A stretch of DNA of 64,000 bases from contig NZ_SMGG01000003.1 of NCBI RefSeq assembly GCF_004339245.1, positions 87,106-151,105 on the forward strand. The letters run 5' to 3'. This DNA is from Seleniivibrio woodruffii. Lineage in GTDB: Bacteria; Chrysiogenota; Deferribacteres; Deferribacterales; Geovibrionaceae. Below are positions 19,551 to 30,642 of the stretch, one piece after another. The translations under genes and the position numbers were made by a program. The notes under the pieces are model-generated. The model was not told the DNA's origin and did no database searches. It saw only the letters and a list, made by a program, of their open reading frames with translations. Positions within the stretch are counted from its first letter, which is position 1. Every line of letters begins with the position of its first letter.

Positions 19551-21107
19551 CTATTTCCCTTTCACAAGTTTTTCTATCTCTTTTCTGATGGCTCGCTCCA
19601 CAAGAACGGGAAGCTCCTCCTCCAGAATTCTGGTTATCTTATCAGTAAGAACCTCTTTAACTGCGAATTTCAGAGTATCCTCGTCGATGGCCTCATAAAC
19701 GGCCTCCACAAGCTTCTCCTCGCTGATCCGCACAAGGGGTTCGGGATCTATATCTTTAACATCCTGAACCGCAGAGGCTGTGAAGCTCTGCGCCGCAGAG
19801 GGTCTTGCGGGTATTTCCGCCTCCTCCTCCACTCCGTGCTGTTCGTCCATAACATCTTTCAGCGAAAGCTCTGCCTGAATGTCCGTGAGAACGGTCTCCA
19901 CTGTTTCATCCAGAGCCTCTTCAGCACTGTTGAGGGTTTCGTCAACCTGCTCGTCGTGGGGTTCCTGTTCCTCGTTTATTCCGTCGAGGATGTTGTCCAG
20001 CTCATCGCCGCCGTCTTCCTCGATATCTTTAAATATCTCTTCCTGCTCGGATTCAGTCAGTTCCGTCTCGTCAACAGCCACAGCGTCGTCAAGCAGTTCC
20101 TCCGGAGATGTATTTTCGGGTTTGACTTCCGGCTGATCCTCGTCGACCTCTACAAGCCCTTCAAACTCTCCGAACGGAATATCCTGAACAGCCGCCTCTT
20201 CAGCAGCCGCAGGCTCGTCCTCATCAACAGGTTCGGCAGCCTCTGTCAGCGCAAGCTCGGCGGCCAGTCTGGCCTCCTCCTTTCTGCGCTCCTCCTCTGC
20301 CATCAGAAGATCTTCGTCCACCTCTATCAGTCCGTCAAAAACGCCTCCGGACGGAGCCGCAGGTTTTTTGACGATCATATCCTCAAATCCGTCGGCAACG
20401 TAGGGCAGTTCAATCTCGTGGACTGCCGTGGATATTTCAGGTTCATCAATAAGTTCAGGCTCGGCCGCAAGCAGAACCTCAGGCTCAATATCCACCTCAC
20501 TGCTGACCTCGGCCAGCAGATTGTCTATATCATCCTCTGCGGGCGCTTCAAAGACCACAGTTTCAACGACATCGTCCTCGTCAACAGCGGGAATTTCGCC
20601 CGTCTCCGCCTCTTGCATTGGAGCGGGTTCAGTCACGGCCGCTTCGAAAATGCTGTCATCCTCCGCAGGAACCTCAGCGGACATAGCCGCCAACAGCTCC
20701 TCTTCGGTGGGAAGCTCGGATTCGTCTATGCTCTGAAACTGAGACACGCCGCTCAGTCCGCTTTCTATTTTTGCATCAAGGGTTTTTGCATCGAAAGGTT
20801 TGTAGATAAAGTCGTCTGCACCCACAAGGAAGCAGAGATTGCTGTCGAACTGGTCAAATGCGCCTGTGAGCAGGATTATGAAAACCCTGTCTGCCACGGC
20901 ACGGATGGAGGTTATCACATCCTTGGTGGCCGTATCCCCCAGTTTGTTATCCAGCAGGATAAGATCCGGCGATTCAACGGCTATCACGTTCAGCGCCTCG
21001 TCTTTGGTGAAAACCTTGACGACATCATATTTCTCTTTGTCGATACAGAGGTCTATAACCCGGTGTATCGTAACGCTGTCGTCAATAAGCATTATCTTCT
21101 TTTTCAT
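19551..21107 (-). CDS. CheY-like receiver domain protein with a long Glu/Asp/Ala-rich disordered region and a short C-terminal helical domain
   Basis: N-terminal REC domain over residues 1-120 (phospho-acceptor DLILLD, conserved T and K). About 330 residues of acidic low complexity follow, then a C-terminal 70-aa Lys/Glu helical segment. Confidence 0.7.
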   Translation of the reverse strand: MKKKIMLIDDSVTIHRVIDLCIDKEKYDVVKVFTKDEALNVIAVESPDLILLDNKLGDTATKDVITSIRAVADRVFIILLTGAFDQFDSNLCFLVGADDFIYKPFDAKTLDAKIESGLSGVSQFQSIDESELPTEEELLAAMSAEVPAEDDSIFEAAVTEPAPMQEAETGEIPAVDEDDVVETVVFEAPAEDDIDNLLAEVSSEVDIEPEVLLAAEPELIDEPEISTAVHEIELPYVADGFEDMIVKKPAAPSGGVFDGLIEVDEDLLMAEEERRKEEARLAAELALTEAAEPVDEDEPAAAEEAAVQDIPFGEFEGLVEVDEDQPEVKPENTSPEELLDDAVAVDETELTESEQEEIFKDIEEDGGDELDNILDGINEEQEPHDEQVDETLNSAEEALDETVETVLTDIQAELSLKDVMDEQHGVEEEAEIPARPSAAQSFTASAVQDVKDIDPEPLVRISEEKLVEAVYEAIDEDTLKFAVKEVLTDKITRILEEELPVLVERAIRKEIEKLVKGK

Positions 21108-21205
21108 ACCATCACCTCAGACAGTTTGATTCGCAATGCGCCGCTTCAGAATGAACTGACACCGTATATTAGCATTATAATACTGATTAATCAACGGATT
21201 AAGGC

Positions 21206-21700
21206 TTATCTGCACTCGGTTACGGGCAAACCGAAACGTTCGACTATCCGCTTGTTCACACAGGCGGGAACAAACAGGGAAACATCGCCCGAGTGGAGCG
21301 CAACTTCCCTTACGGTGCTTGAACTTAAGAAGATATGCTTTTCATTTGGCATAAGAAAAACGCTTTCGCAGTCGGGATCCATCGTTCTGTTCATCAGGGC
21401 AAGCTGAAACTCGAACTCGAAATCGCTCACCGCTCTCAGACCTCTTACAACAACGTTCGCCTTATGTTTTTTAAGGAAATTTACCAGAAGACAGGTATAG
21501 GGAACAACTGTGACATTCTGCATGTGGGCTGTGGCCTCGGCCGCCATCTCCACACGCTCTTCAAGGGTGAATGCAGTGGTTTTCCGCTTGCTCTCCGACA
21601 CCGCCACAATAACACTGCCGAACAGTTTCACCGCCCGCTCAACAATGTCCATATGCCCGAAGGTCATAGGGTCGAAGGTTCCGGGATAGACTGCAATCAT
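21206..21700 (-). CDS. coaD: Phosphopantetheine adenylyltransferase
   Basis: Begins MIAVYPGTFDPMTFGHMDIV. 164 aa. Confidence 0.92.
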   Translation of the reverse strand: MIAVYPGTFDPMTFGHMDIVERAVKLFGSVIVAVSESKRKTTAFTLEERVEMAAEATAHMQNVTVVPYTCLLVNFLKKHKANVVVRGLRAVSDFEFEFQLALMNRTMDPDCESVFLMPNEKHIFLSSSTVREVALHSGDVSLFVPACVNKRIVERFGLPVTECR

Positions 21701-22236
21701 ATGTCACCGCCGTCCGGCACAAGATAGTAAATCTTAGTGTCGCCGTATTTTTTCTCATTCTCTATAAAAAAGCCTGTATTTGCAATATCAAATGGTGAAC
21801 GGAAGCTCTCTTCGAACACGATCACACCGCCTTCGGCCAACAGTTCATTATCTGAAATTATGCTCAGAAGAGCTTTTGGAGGATACTCGCCATAGGGAGG
21901 GTCAATGAAAATTATGTCAAATTTTCTGGTGACGGTGGGCAGTATCTTCATGACATCGCCCTTTATGACCTCAGTGCATTCCTCAAGGTCTTTCAGGTTC
22001 TTTTTGACATACGTCACGTCGGTATCTATGAAAACCGCTCTCTCAGCTCCGCGACTTAATGCCTCTATTCCATATGAGCCTGTTCCGCAGAAAAGGTCTA
22101 AAACATTCGCCTCATCCACCCTGTCGAAAAGGACGGAGAATACTGCGTTGCGCACCTTATCCGTTGTGGGTCGAACAGACAAGTCTTTGGGCGTGAAAAG
22201 CTGCCTGCCTTTGAATGTACCGCTTATGATCCTCAA
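21697..22236 (-). CDS. rsmD: 16S rRNA (guanine966-N2)-methyltransferase
   Basis: Begins MRIISGTFKGRQL. Contains the LDLFCGTGSYGIEALSRGA methyltransferase motif and DPPY. Confidence 0.88.
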   Translation of the reverse strand: MRIISGTFKGRQLFTPKDLSVRPTTDKVRNAVFSVLFDRVDEANVLDLFCGTGSYGIEALSRGAERAVFIDTDVTYVKKNLKDLEECTEVIKGDVMKILPTVTRKFDIIFIDPPYGEYPPKALLSIISDNELLAEGGVIVFEESFRSPFDIANTGFFIENEKKYGDTKIYYLVPDGGDI

Positions 22237-23185
22237 TTTCCGTTATCCCCCGGCAAATCCGCCGTATGTCGGGCTGTGAGCCCTCCTTTATAGTAAGCCT
22301 GTTTTCGCAGGCCTCTCTGTTGTATCCGTTATAACCGTATGCAGTGTTTATGTATTTTTTATCCAGTACCAGATTATGACCTAAGCCGAGCCAGATGGCA
22401 ACGGCTATTGTTTTCGCCATGTCGCCTATGGCAGGATGATATTCACCTGCGGCTATCTGCTCCTTCATGCTCTCCGAATCCTGAAGGCCTATTCTGATCA
22501 CCTCTATCCCCGCCGCCTCGAACAATATAAGCCCGTAGGCACACCTTGCCAGTGTTTCCGCCAGAGGCAGAGGCACATGGTCGCCTGACCGCCAGAGACC
22601 GTATAGCTCGGTATCTTTCAATACCACGCAGGGATAGATACGTACATAGTCTGGCCTTACTGCGACCAACTCATTCACCGTGCCGTCAAAGCTATAAAAA
22701 TTTTCGCCGTACATTCCGGTCATTATCTGTGCCGATATTTTTGTGATATGTTTTCTGGCAGTTCTGAGAGCATCAAGGGTCTCAGCCGCTCCGCAAGGCC
22801 TTCTGTTCAGCCGCAGAACCTCGTCGTCAAGACTCTGAACGCCTATCTCAACAGTCTCCACTCCGTTCGCCTTCGCCATTGCCATGTTCTCATCGGTGAC
22901 ACAGTCCGGGCTGGTGGAGAACCGCAGTTTTGTGAATCCATGCTCATGGGCGAGACCGTAGAGCCTTTGCTGAAGCTCGCCGCTCAGACAGGTGAAGCTT
23001 CCGCCGTAATAGGCAAGTTCGTCCCATTTGCCGGATATGCCCAGATATTCGCTGATCTGCCTTTCTGCCGAGGTGAGAATTTCCGTTGATGTGTGCCCAG
23101 TTATGGAGCTTTGACTGCAGTAGACGCACCTTTGTCTGCATCCTGCAAAGGGGATGAATACGGGAAGTATTCTATTTTTCATTAC
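22157..23185 (-). CDS. Radical SAM protein (HemN/Elp3-like fold), function unknown
   Basis: VFIPFAGCRQRCVYCSQ CxxxCxxC motif. I chose the ATG at 23185 (MKNRILPV...) rather than 23323. The C-terminus overlaps the rsmD start by 80 nt. Confidence 0.6.
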   Translation of the reverse strand, partial: VMKNRILPVFIPFAGCRQRCVYCSQSSITGHTSTEILTSAERQISEYLGISGKWDELAYYGGSFTCLSGELQQRLYGLAHEHGFTKLRFSTSPDCVTDENMAMAKANGVETVEIGVQSLDDEVLRLNRRPCGAAETLDALRTARKHITKISAQIMTGMYGENFYSFDGTVNELVAVRPDYVRIYPCVVLKDTELYGLWRSGDHVPLPLAETLARCAYGLILFEAAGIEVIRIGLQDSESMKEQIAAGEYHPAIGDMAKTIAVAIWLGLGHNLVLDKKYINTAYGYNGYNREACENRLTIKEGSQPDIRRICRGITEIEDHKRYIQRQAAFHAQRLVCSTHNG

Positions 23186-23876
23186 CCAGTTTCTTAAGAG
23201 CTTTTGCGGCGGCCGCCTTCTCTGCGCTCTTTTTTGTTTTGCCCGTGCCCTCTTCCGTAACCAGACCCTCAACATGCACACGGACAAGGAAAATCTTGTC
23301 GTGTTCGGGGCCGGATTCGTCAAGCACTATGTATTCCGGCAGTGAGCCGAACTGACGCTGGGTTATCTTCTGAAGTTCGCTTTTGGAATCGATGAAGGTG
23401 CTGTTTGAAATGTCCTCATCTATCTTTGAACCGAAATGGGCAATGATGATCTTTCGTGCCGCATCATAGCCGCCGTCCAGATATATCGCCGCCACGACCG
23501 ATTCGAAGATATCGCAGAGCAGAGACTCCTTATACTTCCCGCCTGAGGCCTTTTCTCCTTTGCCCAGAAGTATATGCTCGCCCAGCTCCATCTCCGTCGC
23601 AATTTTGCTGAGGAAACATTCGCTGACAAAAAATCCACGAAGTTTTGAGAGAAGCCCCTCGTCATAGTCTTTGTATCTTTCCAGAAGATACTCCGTCACT
23701 ATGAGCTGAAGCACCGCATCGCCCAAAAATTCGAGACGTTCATAATTTTTGTTGTTCTTCTTCTCATGGGCGTAAGATCTGTGGGTCAGAGCCTCCAACA
23801 CCACAGACCTGTCGCCAAAGCTGTAACCTAGTTTAGCTTCGAGAGTTTCGATATCCGAACTCTGCTTTTTATTCAT
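23172..23876 (-). CDS. rnc: Ribonuclease III
   Basis: [19 protein letters not shown] signature and a C-terminal dsRBD. Confidence 0.92.
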   Translation of the reverse strand: MNKKQSSDIETLEAKLGYSFGDRSVVLEALTHRSYAHEKKNNKNYERLEFLGDAVLQLIVTEYLLERYKDYDEGLLSKLRGFFVSECFLSKIATEMELGEHILLGKGEKASGGKYKESLLCDIFESVVAAIYLDGGYDAARKIIIAHFGSKIDEDISNSTFIDSKSELQKITQRQFGSLPEYIVLDESGPEHDKIFLVRVHVEGLVTEEGTGKTKKSAEKAAAAKALKKLGNEK

Positions 23877-25128
23877 ATTTCTTAAATATCAGAGTACCGT
23901 TGGTGCCGCCAAATCCGAACGAGTTACTGAGAGCGTATTTGAAGTCAAGTTTTTCGGGCTTGTTGGGCACATAGTAAAGGTCGCAATCGGGATCGGGAGT
24001 TGTGTAGTTGATTGTGGGGGGCAAAATTCCCTTTTCCAGTGCCATGCAGCAGTAGATAGCTTCAACGGAACCTGCGGCTCCCAGAAGGTGACCCGTCATG
24101 GATTTTGTTGAGCTGATCTTAAGCTGTTTTGCGTAGTCTCCGAAAACCTTTTTAATGGCAAGAGTCTCTATCTTGTCGTTAAAAGGTGTGGAGGTTCCGT
24201 GCGCATTTATGTATCCGATGTCTTCGGGCTTGATGCCCGCATCTTCAAGGGCAGCCTGCATGCATCTCATTGCTCCGTCACCCGTCTCGTCCGGTGCGGT
24301 CATGTGATATGCGTCTGCGGATGCTCCGTAGCCTGCGTATTCTGCGTATATTTTTGCACCTCTGGCAACGGCATGCTCATAGGATTCCAGAAGCATGATT
24401 CCGCAGCCTTCACCCATAACGAAACCGTCACGGTCTGTATCGAAGGGTCTGGATGCCTTTTCGGGGTCGTCGTTGCGGCGGGAAAGAGCTTTCATGTTGG
24501 CGAAACCGCCTATTGAAAGTGACGTGATAGCACTTTCGGTTCCGCCGGCAAGCATAACGTCTGCGTAGCCGTGCTGAATGAGCCTTGCGGCCTCACCCAC
24601 AGAGTGGGTTCCGGTTGTGCAGGCTGTAACGATGCTGAAGTTGGGGCCTTTGAACCCGAACTCGATGGAAACCGCACCGCTTGCCATGTTTATGATTGAA
24701 GTGGGGATGAAGAAGGGAGATATCTTTTTAACGCCCTTCGCATCAAAATCCCTTGTTGTATGCTCAATAGCTTCGAAACCGCCGATGCCGGAGCCGATAT
24801 GTGTTCCGCATCTGTTGAGGTCGGCCTTTTCCAAATCGAAGTTTGCCATCTTGACTGCGATGGCGGAAGCGGCAATTGCGAAAATCACGAACTGCTCATG
24901 TCTTTTGACCGCTTTGGGGTCTTTAACATAGAGAGCAGGGTCGAAGTCGTCTACAACACCTGCGAACTTAACGGGAAGCTCTTCTGTGTTCAGCCTTTCA
25001 GCGGGGATATATTTGATCCCGCTTTTGCCGTTCATAAGGTTTTCCCAGTTTTTCTCGTTTCCGCTGCCGATGGGTGTTACAAGGCCGTAGCCCGTCACAA
25101 CTACTCTTCTCTTCACAAAATCCTCCAT
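23869..25128 (-). CDS. fabF: 3-oxoacyl-ACP synthase II
   Basis: 419-aa KAS II. Sits downstream of acpP. Confidence 0.92.
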   Translation of the reverse strand: MEDFVKRRVVVTGYGLVTPIGSGNEKNWENLMNGKSGIKYIPAERLNTEELPVKFAGVVDDFDPALYVKDPKAVKRHEQFVIFAIAASAIAVKMANFDLEKADLNRCGTHIGSGIGGFEAIEHTTRDFDAKGVKKISPFFIPTSIINMASGAVSIEFGFKGPNFSIVTACTTGTHSVGEAARLIQHGYADVMLAGGTESAITSLSIGGFANMKALSRRNDDPEKASRPFDTDRDGFVMGEGCGIMLLESYEHAVARGAKIYAEYAGYGASADAYHMTAPDETGDGAMRCMQAALEDAGIKPEDIGYINAHGTSTPFNDKIETLAIKKVFGDYAKQLKISSTKSMTGHLLGAAGSVEAIYCCMALEKGILPPTINYTTPDPDCDLYYVPNKPEKLDFKYALSNSFGFGGTNGTLIFKKYE

Positions 25129-25132
25129 TTAG

Positions 25133-25169
25133 AAAAGGTCGGGGGGAATTCCTTACAGGTATTCCCCCC
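25133..25169 (-). terminator. Partial terminator/attenuator hairpin between acpP and fabF
   Basis: GGGGGGAAT-N11-ATTCCCCCC, a 9-bp stem. On the minus strand it is followed by GACCTTTTCT, a weak T-run. Confidence 0.4.
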
Positions 25170-25194
25170 TCACATGAAATTATGGTCAAAAAAA

Positions 25195-25431
25195 TTAAGC
25201 TTTTGCTTTTTCGATGTGAGAAATGGCATCGCCTACAGTTTTGATCTTCTCAGCTTCCTCGTCCGGAATCTCAAGATCGAACTCTTCTTCGAAAGCCATG
25301 ATAAGCTCAACTGTGTCAAGAGAGTCTGCGTCAAGGTCGTCTATGAAGGATGCGTCTTCAGTAACTGCGTCTGCATCAACGTTAAGCTGCTCAACAATGA
25401 TCTCTTTCACTTTTTTTGCGATATCTGACAT
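25195..25431 (-). CDS. acpP: Acyl carrier protein
   Basis: [20 protein letters not shown] motif. 78 aa. Confidence 0.95.
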   Translation of the reverse strand: MSDIAKKVKEIIVEQLNVDADAVTEDASFIDDLDADSLDTVELIMAFEEEFDLEIPDEEAEKIKTVGDAISHIEKAKA

Positions 25432-25567
25432 TTTCTGTCCTCCTGATTTTCTCTTTTAAAGAATTTTCTTCGAATTATCACATTGCATGTGTTTTTTACT
25501 AAAAATTACGGCAGAAATCCACACATTTTAATTTCTGCCCGATATATCAGCCTCTTACGAGACTTTA

Positions 25568-26320
25568 TCACATATACATACCGCCGTTAACGTGGATGGT
25601 CTGTCCTGTGATGTAGTCGGATTCTGCTGATGCGAGGAACATTACTGCGTTTGCAACGTCGTCTGCCTCGCCCAGTGCGTTCAGCGATATCTTGGCGAGC
25701 ATTGCGTCAACAACCTCTTTGGGAAGAACGTCGGTCATTGCTGTGCGGATGAATCCGGGTGCAACTGCGTTGACCCTGATGCCTCTGCTGGCAAGTTCCT
25801 GTGCGGATGTTTTTGTGAGACCAACCAGACCCGCCTTGCTTGCGGAGTAGTTTGCCTGTCCGGCGTTACCGGAGAAGCCAACAACTGAAGCAATGTTCAC
25901 GATCTTGCCGTATCTCTTTTTCATCATGCCTTTAAGGGCAGCTTTTGTGCAGATGAAGGCTCCTTTCAGGTTTACGTCAAGAACCTTTTCCCACTGCTCG
26001 ACCTTCATACGCATGATAAGGCCGTCCTGTGTTATGCCTGCGTTGTTTACAAGGATGTCAACAGTGCCGAGTTTCTCCTCGATCTCCTTGATCATCGCTT
26101 CAACGCTCTCCTCTTTGGAAACGTCCGCCGCAACAGCCGCCGCAACGCCCCCTTTGTCTGTTATCTCTTTAACAACAGCTTCAGCATCGGCTTTGATGCT
26201 TGCTATGTCGATATAGTTCACCGCCACTTTTGCGCCTGCTTCGGCCATTTTAAGTGCGATGATGCGGCCTATGCCGCTTGAAGCGCCCGTTACGAGGGCA
26301 ACTTTTCCTTCCAGTGTCAT
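25568..26320 (-). CDS. fabG: 3-oxoacyl-ACP reductase
   Basis: Short-chain dehydrogenase (SDR) with GASSGIGR and the NAG and YSASK motifs. Confidence 0.9.
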   Translation of the reverse strand: MTLEGKVALVTGASSGIGRIIALKMAEAGAKVAVNYIDIASIKADAEAVVKEITDKGGVAAAVAADVSKEESVEAMIKEIEEKLGTVDILVNNAGITQDGLIMRMKVEQWEKVLDVNLKGAFICTKAALKGMMKKRYGKIVNIASVVGFSGNAGQANYSASKAGLVGLTKTSAQELASRGIRVNAVAPGFIRTAMTDVLPKEVVDAMLAKISLNALGEADDVANAVMFLASAESDYITGQTIHVNGGMYM

Positions 26321-26326
26321 TTTTTC

Positions 26327-27241
26327 CTACTCCGGTAAATCCGTGAATTTAGAGATGTTCTCCACAGTCACGTTTTTGTCTATTTTTTTGATGAGTCCGG
26401 CCAGAACCTGACCTGCGCCCACCTCTATGAATCTGTCCACCCCTGAGTCTACCATATTTTTTATCAGAGATGTCCACAAAACTGCACCGTCAACCTGCCT
26501 GCAGAGTGCGTCATAAACGTCTGCGGCGGAGGTTTCCTCTTTTGCATCAACGTTATTGAAAACCGGAACATTCAGGTCTTTAATAACTATGTTATTTTTG
26601 AGGTATTCAGCCATTCTGTCTCTGGCGGGTTTCATCAGAGAGCAGTGGAAGGGTGCGGAAACGGGAAGCAGAAGCGCACGCTTTGCACCTTTGGCCTTTA
26701 TTTTTTCGGAGAACTCCTCAACCGCTTCCTTGTGTCCGGCAACAACTATCTGACCGGGGCAGTTGAAGTTTGCAGGTTCGACGACCTTTGCGCCCGAAAC
26801 CTCTTTGCAGGTCTCAACCACTATCTCATCATCGATACCCATGACGGCGGCCATTGCGCCGACGCCTACAGGAACTGCGTCCTGCATGAACTTTCCTCTG
26901 TTGTGAACCGCCAGAACACCCTCTTCAAACGTGAAGCCGCCTGCGGCAACAACTGCGGAATATTCGCCCAGAGAGTGTCCGGCAAAGTAATCCGCCTTAA
27001 CTCTGTTTCTGAGCACCTCCCATATACCGATGCTCATTGTGAGCAGTGCGGGCTGGGTGTTGTATGTTGTCTTAAGCTCGTCTTCGGAGCCTTCGAACAT
27101 TATCTTAGTAAGGCTGTAGCCGAGAGCGGCATCCGCCTTGTCAAATATCGCTTTAACTTCGGGGCAGGCATCGTAAAAATCCTTGCCCATTCCGACAAAC
27201 TGTGACCCCTGTCCGGGGAAAACAACGGCTGTTTTGCCCAT
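26327..27241 (-). CDS. fabD: Malonyl CoA-ACP transacylase
   Basis: GHSLGEYSA motif. I chose ATG 27241, which has a GGAGA Shine-Dalgarno; the listed start at 27256 is TTG. Confidence 0.9.
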   Translation of the reverse strand: MGKTAVVFPGQGSQFVGMGKDFYDACPEVKAIFDKADAALGYSLTKIMFEGSEDELKTTYNTQPALLTMSIGIWEVLRNRVKADYFAGHSLGEYSAVVAAGGFTFEEGVLAVHNRGKFMQDAVPVGVGAMAAVMGIDDEIVVETCKEVSGAKVVEPANFNCPGQIVVAGHKEAVEEFSEKIKAKGAKRALLLPVSAPFHCSLMKPARDRMAEYLKNNIVIKDLNVPVFNNVDAKEETSAADVYDALCRQVDGAVLWTSLIKNMVDSGVDRFIEVGAGQVLAGLIKKIDKNVTVENISKFTDLPE

Positions 27242-27312
27242 AGTATATGTCTCCAATATTAGTTTCCCTTCCGTTTTCCGAAAGGGCTAAAGGGGGATTT
27301 ACATTAGATAAA

Positions 27313-28293
<981 letters not shown>

Positions 28294-28374
28294 GCGTCAC
28301 CTGAGTTCATCAAATATTAATTAGTTTCTCGGTTGAACTTTTCGGGAACATTGTTCCAGAAACACATCCTTTTG

Positions 28375-29397
28375 TCAACTCGTAATACCCGAATCGGTGA
28401 CTGTCACGGCTTTCTCTATCTGGTCATTGAGCTTTTGCTTGGCCAGTTCATGAGCCATTTTGATACTGTATTTCACAGCGGTGGAATTTGAACTTCCGTG
28501 TCCAATGATGCATACGCCGTTAACGCCCAGAAGAGGTGCTCCGCCGTATGACGAATGGTCTGCCTTCTTCTTGATCCTTTTGAGCGCAGGTATCATGAAC
28601 AGTGCGCCGATTTTTGAAAGTGTGGATGATTTGAGCTCGTCTTTGAGCATCTTCGAGATGAACCAGCCTGCTGATTCTGAGACCTTCAGCGCAACGTTTC
28701 CGGCGAAACCGTCAACAACGATAACGTCGGATGTGCCCCTGAAAACATCTTTGCCCTCCACGTTTCCGTAGAAGTTGATGATGCCCCGCTGACCAAGCTC
28801 GGAGAGCTGTTTGAAAACGGTTTTTGTGGTCTCGTTCCCTTTCACATCCTCTTCGCCCACAGACATAAGCCCCACTGTGGGTCTCTCTTTGCCCATTACG
28901 ATAGATGCGTATGCGCTGGCCATGATGGCGAACTGGATATAGTTCTCCACCTTGCAGTCCACATTCGCACCGACATCGCACATGACCGTGTGCCCCTTAA
29001 CAGTAGGCATGACAGCAGCAATGGCGGGACGGTCTATCCCGGGCAGTGTCTTAAGGATCATCTTTGCAACGGCCATAACAGCGCCGGTGTTTCCCGCACT
29101 GTAAAAAGCAGATCCGCTGCCGTCCTTAACAAGGCGCAGACCTTCATGGATAGAGGAGTTCCTCTTTGCACGAATGATCTGTGAGGGGAGGTCGTCCATA
29201 GTGACAACCTGCTCTGTGTGAAAGATCTCGATGTTTTTTGAAGATTTCGGCCCCAGAGCATCAAGCTCCGTTTTAATCATATTCTCATTCCCTACGAGAA
29301 TGAGTTCTGTACCGAACTCCTGAACAGCTATAACAGCACCCTTGACAATCTCATGGGGAGCGTAGTCCCCCCCCATGGCATCAACGACGACTTTCAT
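28375..29397 (-). CDS. plsX: Phosphate acyltransferase PlsX
   Basis: Begins MKVVVDAMGGDYAP. 340 aa. Confidence 0.9.
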   Translation of the reverse strand: MKVVVDAMGGDYAPHEIVKGAVIAVQEFGTELILVGNENMIKTELDALGPKSSKNIEIFHTEQVVTMDDLPSQIIRAKRNSSIHEGLRLVKDGSGSAFYSAGNTGAVMAVAKMILKTLPGIDRPAIAAVMPTVKGHTVMCDVGANVDCKVENYIQFAIMASAYASIVMGKERPTVGLMSVGEEDVKGNETTKTVFKQLSELGQRGIINFYGNVEGKDVFRGTSDVIVVDGFAGNVALKVSESAGWFISKMLKDELKSSTLSKIGALFMIPALKRIKKKADHSSYGGAPLLGVNGVCIIGHGSSNSTAVKYSIKMAHELAKQKLNDQIEKAVTVTDSGITS

Positions 29398-29398
29398 G

Positions 29399-29581
29399 TT
29401 ATATCTCTTCTTTCGCCACTACCTGTTTCTTATTGTAATACCCGCAAGAAGGGCATACTCTGTGGTTGAGCTTCAGCTCACCGCAGTTGGAGCATTTGCT
29501 GTAAGCCATAGTAACCGCATGGTGGTGGCTTCTTCTGTTGCCCTTTTTCATTCTCGATGTTTTACCCTTAGGTACACCCAT
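29399..29581 (-). CDS. rpmF: 50S ribosomal protein L32
   Basis: Begins MGVPKGKTSRMKKGNRRSHH, with a CxxC...CxxC zinc ribbon. Confidence 0.92.
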   Translation of the reverse strand: MGVPKGKTSRMKKGNRRSHHHAVTMAYSKCSNCGELKLNHRVCPSCGYYNKKQVVAKEEI

Positions 29582-29622
29582 TTTATACTCCTATGAGAGC
29601 AGCCGCAGCTTTTCGCACGGCC

Positions 29623-30120
29623 TCAGTTGTTTTTTAATTTATCCAAGCCCGACCATCTGGGATCGGTTTCTTCTTTACATTTGCAGCTTCCGGTGTTCAG
29701 ATTTTCGCCGCACTTGGGGCAAAGTCCTTTGCAGTCATCGCCGCATACCAGTCTGAGGGGCAGATGAAAGGCGACCTCCTGACGAACTATCTCGTGCAGG
29801 TCTATCTCGTCCTCTTCTATCCAGCAGACACCCATATCGTCGTCGGTAAGCTCCGCTTCCTCTTTAACATCCTCCAGAGACTGCTGCATCAGCTGGATGC
29901 CCGCTGTCTGTCTGCCGAAGCCCTTTGTAAGCTCAAGGCATCTGGCACACGGTGTCTCGTAGCTGTAGCTGAACGAAATGTCCAGAAACAGACCTGAGTC
30001 CGTGGGGATGAAATCCGCAGAGAAGCTCTCAACGGTAACCTTCATGTCATCTTCGGTGAAGGCGAAGTCTCCTTCGAAATGACCGCCTTCTTCCAGAAGT
30101 TCTTCAAAAGACAGCTTCAC
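29623..30120 (-). CDS. yceD: YceD/DUF177 family protein (large-subunit rRNA accumulation protein)
   Basis: 165-aa acidic protein with two C-terminal CxxC pairs. Lies directly upstream of rpmF-plsX, as is usual. Confidence 0.8.
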   Translation of the reverse strand: MKLSFEELLEEGGHFEGDFAFTEDDMKVTVESFSADFIPTDSGLFLDISFSYSYETPCARCLELTKGFGRQTAGIQLMQQSLEDVKEEAELTDDDMGVCWIEEDEIDLHEIVRQEVAFHLPLRLVCGDDCKGLCPKCGENLNTGSCKCKEETDPRWSGLDKLKNN

Positions 30121-30248
30121 GATATCAACTCCAGTTTAAAGGTCAAAGAGCAACAATACTAGTCACTCAATTTATGAAAGTCAAGTCTATTTTCATCAAA
30201 ATCCACTCCGACCCTCCTTTAATGGAGGCTTGAAGGGATTCTTTTGTC

Positions 30249-30551
30249 TTACTTCCTTATCCCCGAATGTCCGAAACGCTCCGTAAGCACCGCTGTGACC
30301 TCTTCGAAGGGTACGCCCCGCATCTCCAGAGCCACTATCATATGATATATATAGTCCGCCGCCTCGCCCGCAACGTCCTTGTCGCTTTCAACAAGGATAG
30401 CCTTGATAAGTTCGGCATTCTCTTCGCCCAGTTTCTTTATTATCTTGTTTGCGCCGCCCTCAAGGAGCTTGCACGTATAAGAGCTGTCCGAAGGGTTCGC
30501 CTTGCGCTCCCTTACGACATCAACCACTTTTCCTATTATAGATGTGTCCAT
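30249..30551 (-). CDS. hisE: Phosphoribosyl-ATP pyrophosphatase HisE
   Basis: MazG-like HisE helical protein (GEENAELIKA, EAADYIYHMIVAL). I chose the start at MDTSII... Confidence 0.8.
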   Translation of the reverse strand: MDTSIIGKVVDVVRERKANPSDSSYTCKLLEGGANKIIKKLGEENAELIKAILVESDKDVAGEAADYIYHMIVALEMRGVPFEEVTAVLTERFGHSGIRK

Positions 30552-30565
30552 ATAACCTCGGGTGA

Positions 30566-30598
30566 GACTGCTTCGTCGCAAAGCTCCTCGCAGAGACG
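30566..30598. repeat. Dispersed intergenic repeat, copy R2
   Basis: 29/33 identical to copy R1. Sits in the 61-bp hisF-hisE intergenic spacer. Confidence 0.7.
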
Positions 30599-30642
30599 AC
30601 TAACCGTCATTGCGAGCGCAACGCGGCAATCTCATTCTTAAC

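Noticed and set aside
19836-21407. 523-aa plus-strand ORF
   Set aside because: It is antisense to the receiver/acidic-tail gene. Its translation is low-complexity Leu/Phe/Ser, produced by the reverse complement of GAA/GAG-rich codons. It has no Shine-Dalgarno and conflicts with coaD.
22157-23323. Long N-terminal extension (46 aa, Arg/Lys-rich) of the radical SAM protein
   Set aside because: The extension overlaps the rnc C-terminus. The internal ATG at 23185 immediately precedes the conserved FIPFAGC...CVYC radical SAM motif.
30121-30248. Possible terminator hairpin CCTCC-tttaat-GGAGG downstream of hisE
   Set aside because: It has only a 5-bp stem and no adjacent T-run on the relevant strand. 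It is too weak to call.
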